Positions 7,059-14,141 of a DNA stretch of 19,436 bases are shown here, piece by piece. The notes beneath the pieces are model-generated. The model was not told where the DNA came from. It searched no databases and saw only the letters and a list, made by a program, of their open reading frames with translations. A program made the translations under genes and the position numbers. Origin of the DNA: Armatimonadota bacterium (GTDB lineage Bacteria; Armatimonadota; Zipacnadia; Zipacnadales; UBA5352); the NCBI GenBank assembly GCA_034722055.1, contig JAYENL010000294.1:1-19436 (forward strand). The letters are read 5' to 3'. Position 1 is the first letter of the stretch, and each line of letters opens with the position of its first letter.

Positions 7059-9923
7059 ATGCGTACGCCGACAGCCGCGATCGCTCTCGCTGCGCTGCTC
7101 GGCGCCGCCTGCGCGGAGCCAACCAGCTATCACGACATCATCCCGCAGCCGAAGCACCTTGAGGTCACGGGCGAGCGCTGGACGCTGGCGGACGGTGAGG
7201 AGGCCGCCGCCTGCATCGTGGTTCCGCCCCGGCAGCCCAAGGCCGCCATTGGCGCGGGGGAGATCAACGACCGTATCGCCCGCCTGGGCGGTGAGCCGCT
7301 GCCGGTCGTGGAGTGCGACGATCCGGCTGCGCTGGCCTCCATGGACCTGCCCATCGTCATCTCCAAGTGCTACGGCAGCCGCCTGGCCGGGGCCATCATC
7401 GACGAGTGTGATGTGCGCATCAGCCCCGATGATCCCGGCGAGCAGGGCTACGTCATCCGGTTCGTCCGTTTTCGCGGCACCCGCGCCATCGTCCTGTTCG
7501 GCAGCGATCCCCAGGGGGCTCTCTACGCCGCCGTGACCTTCCGCTCGCTGCTGGACGGCGACGCCGGCGGCGTGAGGGCCCTCGTGGCCTCGATCCGCGA
7601 CTGGCCGGACTTCAAGTGGCGGGGCACGGGCTCGGTGCATCAGATGACCGGCAGCTACCCCGTGTACGGGAGGAGCGGTGAGGAGCGCGTCGAGGCCCTC
7701 AAGCTGCACATCGACTGGATGCTGCGCTGCAAGCTCAATCTGCTGGGCGACTACCTCTACGGCGGCGAGGATGCCACCAAGTGGGAGGGTGCCGACTGGG
7801 TGGCCCGGATCAACGCCTACGCCCGGGCGCGCGGGATCATCGGCGAGGAGTACCAGAGCACGAACGTGGGCTATGACGAGCGCGACGCTGATGACCCCCG
7901 CTTTCAGGGGATGCTGCACACACGCAACCTGTTCTTCTCCTGGAGCGACGACGAGCTGATCCGCAAGCGCGCGCGGGAGATCGCGCGGGTGTGGGACCGC
8001 CTGAACCTTGGGATGCTGGTGCTGCACTGCCCTGACGGCGGCGGGCCGGTCAACCCCGAGATGTGGAATGGCCGCTCCGAGGCCGACCGCCAGCGCTGGG
8101 GCGATGACCGCGCCTCCGCCGACGCGCACGTCTTCAACATCCTCTATGACGAGGTTCACAGGGTCGCCCCGGAGGTCCAGGTGGTCTTCGTCATCTACCC
8201 CTACAACGCCCGCTACCTCGACTGGGACATGCTCAAGACCGCCTACCCGGAGCTCACGCGCGAGCAGTTCAACCGCGCCGGCCGCGACTACTGGCGGCAG
8301 GTCGGACCCAAGCTCAGGGACGACGCGGCCATCTGTGTCTGGCTGGGCGAGCCGCACTACATGGACCAGTTCCGCTCCTACTTCGGCGACATGCCCATGT
8401 ATTACTGGTTCATGATCTCCAAGGGCTGGGTCAATGCCGGCTGGCTGGTGACCACCCATCGGCATATCGGCACCAACTACTACGGCCACCCCGGGGACAT
8501 CATGGCCGTGCGCATCGACCGCAACTTCCCCAACTTCATCAACCGCCTCCTCGCCAGCCAGTTCGCATGGAACACCGCCAGCGCCGGAGCGGAGGACTTC
8601 AGCGGCAGCTACTATGACTTCCGCACCGACAACGATGAGCCCGAGGTCATCGTCGAGCAGTGGGGCGAGCGGGCCTGCAGGCACATGTGGGGCGCGAAGG
8701 TCGGACCGGTCATGCACCAGGCCTTCAACAAGGGCATCATCCCAGCCCTGATCGTGAACCCATCGCGGATGCTCAACGACGAGAACCGCGGCCGACGGAG
8801 GCGGGGCCTGGAGCCGCTGGAGCTGACGCCACAGATGATGCTGGAGCAGGCGGAGGGGTGCGGGGCGGCCGCCGAGGCGCTCGACGCGATCCTCGACATG
8901 GACGCTGAGATGAATGACCTCCAGGAGCGCCTCTTCGTCTACTACCTCCGCCGCACGCACTGCCTGGCGGCCTACGCTCGCGCGCACTACCATCTGCTGC
9001 TGGCTCAGCAGGCTCTTGCGGAGGGCGATGAGCAGGAGGTCGCCGCGGGTGTGGCGGCGGGCAAGCGCGCGGTGGAGGATGGCCGTGCGGACATGGAGCG
9101 CGTGCTGGAGGCCACCGCGGAGATGCGCAGCTACGACCCGAAGTACACGCGCCAGGCCGAGGAGGGCATCTCCCCCGCGATTCCCGGAACCGACGCCGAC
9201 TTCCCGCGCATGACCGAGTCGCTGGAGGCCGTCACGCGCCGCTACCGCGATGCGCAGCTCGAGTTCGAGCCCGTGACGCACGAGGGGCCGGTGCGTGTCG
9301 CCATCTACGATCCCAGCGATGATGGCGGCACCGCCATCGGCCATCATGGCTGGATGCTCACGCTGCAAACCGCCGGCGACATCGAGGCCGAGTTCATCGA
9401 TGACCTCAGCCTCTCGAACCTCATCAGCTACGAGGCCCTGCTCTACCCGCAGTCCACCAGCGGCAGGAGCGTCAGCCGCTACGAGTATTTCGAGGTCCTG
9501 AGGCGCTACGTCGAGGAGGTCGGCGGCGGCGTCATGTTCGGCCACCACCAGGTCGGCCACCACCGCGCGGAGTTCGGCGCCGAGACCACCTTCCCGGCCA
9601 TCTGCCGCGGCGCGGCCGACCGCGTTGACAGCTACGAGGTGGTGGTCGCCGGCGACCATCCCATCACCGAGGGCCTGAGCGCGGGCCAGAGCTACCGGCA
9701 CGTCTACTACGACCACTTCACGGTGCAGCCGGGAGCGAAGGCCACGGTCGTGTTGAAGGACCGGGGTAGCGCACCCGTCATGGTAGCCGGCGGACAGGGG
9801 AAGGGCCGCGTCATCTACGACGGGCAGATCATCCTCAGCGACTCCGCGGGCGACGTCGCCGCCGCCGGCCACGAGCGCGAGGTCTTCCTCAATGCCGTCC
9901 GCTGGCTGGCGCACAGGAGGTAG
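7059..9923 (+). CDS. Secreted GH20/GH84-like (beta-hexosaminidase domain 2) glycoside hydrolase with C-terminal GATase/ThuA-like domain
   Basis: RBS AAGGAGG and a signal peptide. 'IIPQPK', 'EQGYVI', 'GSDPQGALYAAVTFRSLL' and 'IRDWPDFKWRG' are hallmarks of the GH20 N-terminal zincin-like domain. Confidence 0.8.
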   Translation: MRTPTAAIALAALLGAACAEPTSYHDIIPQPKHLEVTGERWTLADGEEAAACIVVPPRQPKAAIGAGEINDRIARLGGEPLPVVECDDPAALASMDLPIVISKCYGSRLAGAIIDECDVRISPDDPGEQGYVIRFVRFRGTRAIVLFGSDPQGALYAAVTFRSLLDGDAGGVRALVASIRDWPDFKWRGTGSVHQMTGSYPVYGRSGEERVEALKLHIDWMLRCKLNLLGDYLYGGEDATKWEGADWVARINAYARARGIIGEEYQSTNVGYDERDADDPRFQGMLHTRNLFFSWSDDELIRKRAREIARVWDRLNLGMLVLHCPDGGGPVNPEMWNGRSEADRQRWGDDRASADAHVFNILYDEVHRVAPEVQVVFVIYPYNARYLDWDMLKTAYPELTREQFNRAGRDYWRQVGPKLRDDAAICVWLGEPHYMDQFRSYFGDMPMYYWFMISKGWVNAGWLVTTHRHIGTNYYGHPGDIMAVRIDRNFPNFINRLLASQFAWNTASAGAEDFSGSYYDFRTDNDEPEVIVEQWGERACRHMWGAKVGPVMHQAFNKGIIPALIVNPSRMLNDENRGRRRRGLEPLELTPQMMLEQAEGCGAAAEALDAILDMDAEMNDLQERLFVYYLRRTHCLAAYARAHYHLLLAQQALAEGDEQEVAAGVAAGKRAVEDGRADMERVLEATAEMRSYDPKYTRQAEEGISPAIPGTDADFPRMTESLEAVTRRYRDAQLEFEPVTHEGPVRVAIYDPSDDGGTAIGHHGWMLTLQTAGDIEAEFIDDLSLSNLISYEALLYPQSTSGRSVSRYEYFEVLRRYVEEVGGGVMFGHHQVGHHRAEFGAETTFPAICRGAADRVDSYEVVVAGDHPITEGLSAGQSYRHVYYDHFTVQPGAKATVVLKDRGSAPVMVAGGQGKGRVIYDGQIILSDSAGDVAAAGHEREVFLNAVRWLAHRR

Positions 9924-10011
9924 CTGCGCGCAGCGATGCGCGAACGCATGACGGCAGAGCTTTCTCGAGGGCTGGGACCGCGAGATGGTCGTGATTCGAT
10001 GATGCCGCCCC

Positions 10012-10040
10012 GGAACCGGCGGTGCTCCAGGAACGTCGTA
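10012..10040 (+). promoter_or_regulatory. Candidate ECF sigma factor promoter for the DUF2330 gene
   Basis: GGAAC (10012-10016), 17 nt, then CGTC (10034-10037), about 40 nt before ATG 10076. This matches the common ECF pattern GGAAC-N16/17-(C)GTC. Confidence 0.4.
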
Positions 10041-10075
10041 CCGCCGGAGACAACTCGTCGCGGGGAGGCCGTGCG

Positions 10076-11062
10076 ATGAGAGACCTCTGTCTGGTCCTTG
10101 CGCTGCTGATCCTGCCATGCGTACCGAGCCTCGCCGACGGCGGCTTCTTCCCGCCCGTCCACGGCGTGGCGAACACCGCCGACCAGCGCGCCGTGGTCAT
10201 CGACCACGGAGACGCCGAGACCATCGTGCTGCAGACCGCCTACGATGGCGATGCCAGCGACTTCGCCTGGGTGATCCCCGTGCCGGCGCTGATCTCGGCC
10301 GCGCAGGCCGTCGGCACCACCGCCCCGGCGCTCTTCGACACCCTCGACCAGCTCACCGCCCCGCGTCACGTTGGCGCCTTCACCGGCAGCTCCGGCCTGT
10401 GCGGATGCTCGGGATCCGGCGGCCCGGAGCAGCGGTTCCACGGCGTCACCGTCTGGGAGACGCTGCGGGTGGACGACTACGAGGTGGCTGTGCTCTCGGC
10501 GGATGAATCGGCCGACCTCGCGCAGTGGCTCGGCGATAACGGCTACCACCTCCCGACCGGGAGCGAGGACACGCTGCGCTACTATGTGGACCGCGACAGC
10601 TTCTTCGTGGCGCTGAAGATCGCTCCCGCCGCACAGCAGGCGGATGAGACCGGTCGCGATGGCGCACCAGGTGACAACTTCGCTGCGGCGGAGGAGCTGC
10701 GACCCATCACGCTGACCTTCGCGACCGATGAGCTGGTCTTCCCGATGCGCATCTCGCGGCTGAGCACGCGCGAGCGCGTGGAGGTGCTGCTCTACGTCCT
10801 GGGGCCGGATCGCGACTACTTCCTCACACGCCTGCGCACGCGGCTGTCGCCGGAGCAGATGACCGAGGACATCGCCATGGTCCCCGCCGACGCGGACGCG
10901 CACTTCGAGGTCATGGTGGACAACGGCCTGGCGCGCGCTCGCGGGACGATGGCCTTCGCTCTGATGATCGCGGGGGTCAGCGGCATGACGCTTCGCTGGC
11001 GGCGCCTCCGCGCAGTCGCGTGGACATCAGCCCTGCTTGGGGTGCTGCTCCTCCTGGTGTGA
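10076..11062 (+). CDS. DUF2330 domain exported/membrane-anchored protein
   Basis: RBS GGAGG at 10064-10068, signal peptide, 'DQRAVV', 'DFAWVIPVP', 'LFDTLDQLTAP', 'LAQWLGDNGY', 'FFVALK', 'LRPITLTF...FPMRIS' and two C-terminal hydrophobic segments. Confidence 0.8.
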   Translation: MRDLCLVLALLILPCVPSLADGGFFPPVHGVANTADQRAVVIDHGDAETIVLQTAYDGDASDFAWVIPVPALISAAQAVGTTAPALFDTLDQLTAPRHVGAFTGSSGLCGCSGSGGPEQRFHGVTVWETLRVDDYEVAVLSADESADLAQWLGDNGYHLPTGSEDTLRYYVDRDSFFVALKIAPAAQQADETGRDGAPGDNFAAAEELRPITLTFATDELVFPMRISRLSTRERVEVLLYVLGPDRDYFLTRLRTRLSPEQMTEDIAMVPADADAHFEVMVDNGLARARGTMAFALMIAGVSGMTLRWRRLRAVAWTSALLGVLLLLV

Positions 11063-11111
11063 ACGCCCGCTCTGTCGCACGTCTACTGACGCAAGCGTCG
11101 AAGGGGGACCG

Positions 11112-11208
11112 TGGGGCAGGCCTCCAACCCTACAAACGACCGGCGGGTCTGAAGACACCGGCGCTCCGCACGGCAACGACACATGTGATTCACGCGTGGC
11201 ACGGACAC
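11112..11208. repeat. Cluster of degenerate REP-like palindromes
   Basis: GTGG-GGCAGGCCTCCAACC at 11112. Minus-strand GGAG-CGCCGGTGTC-TTCA-GACCCGC at about 11143-11167. A decayed copy of the 19207 hairpin at about 11177-11200. Partial GTGGCACGGACAC at 11196-11208. Confidence 0.5.
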
Positions 11209-11244
11209 GGAAGTCGCAGGCCGCAAGCTACAGGCTCACGGCAA

Positions 11245-11338
11245 CGCCTGTCATTTAGTGGCACGGACACTCCTGTCCGTGCGCCGTTGTGCGCCTGTCA
11301 TTCCGTGGCACGGACACTCCTGTCCGTGCGCCGTTGTG
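11245..11338 (+). repeat. Tandem 47-bp duplication containing a GTGG-tagged REP hairpin
   Basis: 11245-11291 and 11292-11338 differ at 2 positions. The core is GTG-GCACGGACA-CTCC-TGTCCGTGC-GCCGTT, a perfect 9-bp stem. Confidence 0.9.
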
Positions 11339-11488
11339 CGTGGGCGCAACGCCGACCGAGGACCGCCGGGCGCGAACGTAGTCGCGCCCCCTCCAAACGG
11401 CACGCCAAACGCTAGTCCGCCCCAAGCGGCACAGCAAACGCCGCTGCGCCTCGTCTCTTCATCGCGTAGTTCGGGCTTCCAGACCGAC
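11301..11488 (+). repeat. Composite three-hairpin REP element, left copy
   Basis: Hairpin A at 11305-11335; hairpin B GGGCGCGA-ACGTAG-TCGCGCCC at 11368-11389; module C CTCTTCATCGCGTAGTTCGGGCTTCCAGACCGAC at 11455-11488. Colinear with the reverse complement of 12488-12632. Confidence 0.75.
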
Positions 11489-11519
11489 GCCGTGCATCAA
11501 GCCGGGCACGCTTCTCGTC

Positions 11520-12194
11520 CTACTCGGCGACTCGCACGGCGATGCGCACCACGCGAATGTTGAAGTGCGGGTCGTTCCACCAGCCGTCGAGGTTCTCCAG
11601 CGGCACATTCGGCCCCGCGCCCGGCCCGATGACCACGTCGAGCTGCCCGGCCCCCATGATGGTCACCTTGCGGCAGTCCGGGATGTCGAAGTGAGCCGAG
11701 CACAGGCCGGCGTGGCGGTTGCCCTCATCCAGCGGCGTGCCGGGCTTCCACCCGTAGATGTGCTCGCCCCACAGGCCGGTGCGCTTGAACTTCACCCCGC
11801 TGCGCCCGTACTTCCACTCCACCGGCTCGCCGAACACGTAGACCGTGCCCGGCGGCGTGCAGGGGCTGCCGATCACCGTCACGCCGATGATCGGCTCCTG
11901 CTCCTCGACCGTGACCGCCCCGAAGGGCGGCACATCCAGCTCCACGCCATCCGGATGCGGGCCGGTGCCCGTCCCCTCCCGCCCGTACTCGCAGTTCACG
12001 TTCGGGTAGTTGAAGGGCGCCTCGTACTCGTAGCGCCGCACGGAATACACCAGGCGCTGCTGCTCGACCCCCTCCTCCGCCATCGTCCGCGCCTCGAGCT
12101 CCTTCTCGGTCAGCTCATCTCCCTCGCGGTGCGGGTTGAGCACGCGCACCCGCGTGGGCTTGCCGTCGGAGCCTTTCATCCGCGGCTGCTGCAT
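11520..12194 (-). CDS. Hypothetical protein, 224 aa, no recognised family
   Basis: Strong RBS AAGGAGG upstream of ATG 12194 (MQQPRMKGSDGK...), GC-rich third codon positions and a normal globular composition. No signal peptide or TM segment is apparent. Confidence 0.8.
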   Translation of the reverse strand: MQQPRMKGSDGKPTRVRVLNPHREGDELTEKELEARTMAEEGVEQQRLVYSVRRYEYEAPFNYPNVNCEYGREGTGTGPHPDGVELDVPPFGAVTVEEQEPIIGVTVIGSPCTPPGTVYVFGEPVEWKYGRSGVKFKRTGLWGEHIYGWKPGTPLDEGNRHAGLCSAHFDIPDCRKVTIMGAGQLDVVIGPGAGPNVPLENLDGWWNDPHFNIRVVRIAVRVAE

Positions 12195-12245
12195 GATGCC
12201 GCCCTCCTTCGTCGGCCCGTTAGAGTGAGTCGCAGAAGTTCGCGT

Positions 12246-12251
12246 ATTATG
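12246..12251 (-). promoter_or_regulatory. Possible sigma70 -10 element (CATAAT) of the orphan gene
   Basis: CATAAT lies about 50 nt upstream of ATG 12194 in otherwise GC-rich DNA. No convincing -35. Confidence 0.3.
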
Positions 12252-12285
12252 CGGCGTCACGATGGTGCGTCTGCTCAGGTTGCGT

Positions 12286-12370
12286 TAAGGAGTGCAGGCG
12301 CCCTCGCCTGCACGCCGTTTCTCCCGGCCCACCCGCTAAGTAGCACAGGCGCCCCCCTGTGCGCCGTTTT
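12286..12370 (+). repeat. Two direct REP-like hairpins (GGAG- and GTAG-tagged)
   Basis: TAA-GGAG-TGCAGGCG-CCCT-CGCCTGCA-CGCCGTTT (12286-12320) and TAA-GTAG-CACAGG-CGCCCC-CCTGTG-CGCCGTTT (12337-12369). Confidence 0.8.
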
Positions 12371-12487
12371 GGCCCTGGGCAGAGCCACGTCCTGGCGGAG
12401 ATGCTTGGCATCTCAGGTGGAACCTTCGGCCTGCTCGCGCTGCTCGCCCGGCGACAGGAGGTCCCGCCCGCCCGTTGCCTTGTCGCT

Positions 12488-12632
12488 GTCGGGCTGGAAG
12501 CCCTACGCGACGAAGAGAGAAGGCACACGGGCGCTTGTGCTGCCGTCAGGAAGGGCGGGTTGCTTGCCCGCCCGGCCGTTGTCGCGGGCGTTGGGCAAAC
12601 GGCGCACGGACAGGAGTGTCCGTGCCACGGAA
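12488..12632 (-). repeat. Composite three-hairpin REP element, right (inverted) copy
   Basis: 12598-12632 is the exact 35-bp reverse complement of 11301-11335. Hairpin B GGGCGGG-N7-CCCGCCC is at 12553-12573 and module C at 12488-12518. Confidence 0.8.
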
Positions 12633-12776
12633 CGGGGACCTTTGCCGTGCCGCCTCCACCAGGCGCGCTGCGCATCCTCAACACAACCGAGCTGCCGAGC
12701 GCCCTCCGCCACACTATATGCGGAGTTGCGCGAGTTACCACTATCCAGGCGTCGCCTGGCCCCCCCCGCCCCCGCG

Positions 12777-14015
12777 TTACGGCCGCCAGCGGATCAGGGT
12801 CATGCCCATGGTCAGGTAGTTGTTGTGCACGGTCAGGATCGAGCCGTCGTCGAGCACTGTCGCGTAGAGATGGCCGCACTGCCCGATGGCCGGACTGAGC
12901 GAGTCGTGGAACTCCCACTCGTCGAGCGCGTATCTGCGGTCAAGGTCCCAGGTGAGGCCGTTGTCGTGGCTGATGACCGCCTCGCAGCCCCGGCGGTAGC
13001 TGGCCAGCTCGCCGTCCTCCACGTCGTGCCGCACCGTCACCGTCAGCACGAGGTCGCCGCCCGGCAGCTTCAGCAGGTGGCCGTGCATGCGGCCGGCCGG
13101 GAACAGCGTCTGCACCGGCGACCATGTGCGACCGTCGTCGCGGGAGATCGAGATCCCGGTTCCCTCCATCTGGTCGCTGTGGCGGGCATGGATGTAACGC
13201 GCCGGCATGTCGGTGCGCAGCGCGGCGACCAGCCAGCCGTTGTCGGCCCGCACCAGCGCCCCCTCGCTGACCCCTCGCTCATAGGTCTGGCCCTCGAAGG
13301 TGTCCTCCCATCGCCAGGCCATCGGCTCGGACTCATCGGTCCAGGTCCGCCCGCCGTCGTCGGACCAGCGAATGAAGGCGCGTGTGGGCTCGGCCGGCCG
13401 CCACTTGCCGCCGGGGCCGAAGTTGTAGCCGATCTCCGCCATGCGCGTGACGTTCCCGTCGTCGTCCCGGTCCACGAGCGGGTTGCCCTCCATGCCGAAG
13501 AAGGCGCCGTTGGTCGCGTCCGGCTTGGGCACGCTCTCCGGCCACGTCCGGCCGTAGTCGCTGCTGAAGTAGCGCGTGCCGCCCGTGACGAAGGTGAGCC
13601 GCCCGCCGCCGAGAGCCGCCAGCATGACCGGCCGGCCGGAGATGCCCTCCATACGCTCCAGGTCCGTCCACGTATCTCCGCGGTCGGAGCTGAAAGCCAC
13701 GATGGTCTCATCGCCCTCGCCGCCGCCATACCAGAGGCTCTTGTTCCGGTTGCAGATGCCCAGGAGGATGATCTCGCCGTTGTCCATCTGCGCCACCCCG
13801 AAGCCCGCCGTCCATCCTCGCTCCCGGAAGCGCAGCGCCTGGCACTGCGCCTCCCTAAGGACCCACCCGCCGCTCCCGTCTCCCTGCCGGATCAGGTGCG
13901 GCCGCCAGCCGAGGCTTGACGTGTCGTTCGGCCATGCGGGGGACGCCATCATCAGCATCCATGCCGCAGCCGCGATCAGGCCGATAGCCAGCGTGCAGTG
14001 ACAGTGGTGAACCAT
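12777..14015 (-). CDS. Secreted BNR/Asp-box repeat (sialidase-fold) protein
   Basis: Five Asp-boxes (SSDRGDTW, SSDYGRTW, SDDGGRTW, SRDDGRTW, SHDNGLTW), a hydrophobic N-terminal signal and RBS GGAGG. Confidence 0.85.
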   Translation of the reverse strand: MVHHCHCTLAIGLIAAAAWMLMMASPAWPNDTSSLGWRPHLIRQGDGSGGWVLREAQCQALRFRERGWTAGFGVAQMDNGEIILLGICNRNKSLWYGGGEGDETIVAFSSDRGDTWTDLERMEGISGRPVMLAALGGGRLTFVTGGTRYFSSDYGRTWPESVPKPDATNGAFFGMEGNPLVDRDDDGNVTRMAEIGYNFGPGGKWRPAEPTRAFIRWSDDGGRTWTDESEPMAWRWEDTFEGQTYERGVSEGALVRADNGWLVAALRTDMPARYIHARHSDQMEGTGISISRDDGRTWSPVQTLFPAGRMHGHLLKLPGGDLVLTVTVRHDVEDGELASYRRGCEAVISHDNGLTWDLDRRYALDEWEFHDSLSPAIGQCGHLYATVLDDGSILTVHNNYLTMGMTLIRWRP

Positions 14016-14141
14016 CGCAGACCTCCATCCGGCTCAGGATTGGGCGACCCGGGGTTGTGCGCTCCCCTGACCGTCGAGCCCGACTTCGCGGCGCGGCCGC
14101 AGGCGGTGAGGGGCACGCCGTCACGGCTGTGATGTCCGCGA

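Noticed and set aside
6954..10118. 1054-aa minus-strand ORF
   Set aside because: Antisense shadow of the GH20-like gene. Long stop-free reverse frames are expected at this GC content, and it has no motifs.
11061..11085. GAAC-N16-GTCTA, a second ECF-like promoter
   Set aside because: It overlaps a stop codon and points into repeats with no downstream + strand gene; a short match like this is plausible by chance.
11196..11338. Possible mini CRISPR array (palindromic repeats about 47 bp apart)
   Set aside because: The inter-repeat sequences are near-identical rather than unique spacers, an inverted copy occurs 1.3 kb away, and there are no cas genes.
11020..11563. Short ORFs in the repeat-rich intergenic region (also 12247-12918 and 12359-12898)
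   Set aside because: They are translations of REP repeats (e.g. recurring ARTLLSVRR / WHGHSCPCAV) with no RBS or coding bias.
11565..13919. 784-aa plus-strand ORF crossing two genes and the repeat region
   Set aside because: Antisense to two well-supported genes and runs through REP repeats; the composition is not protein-like.
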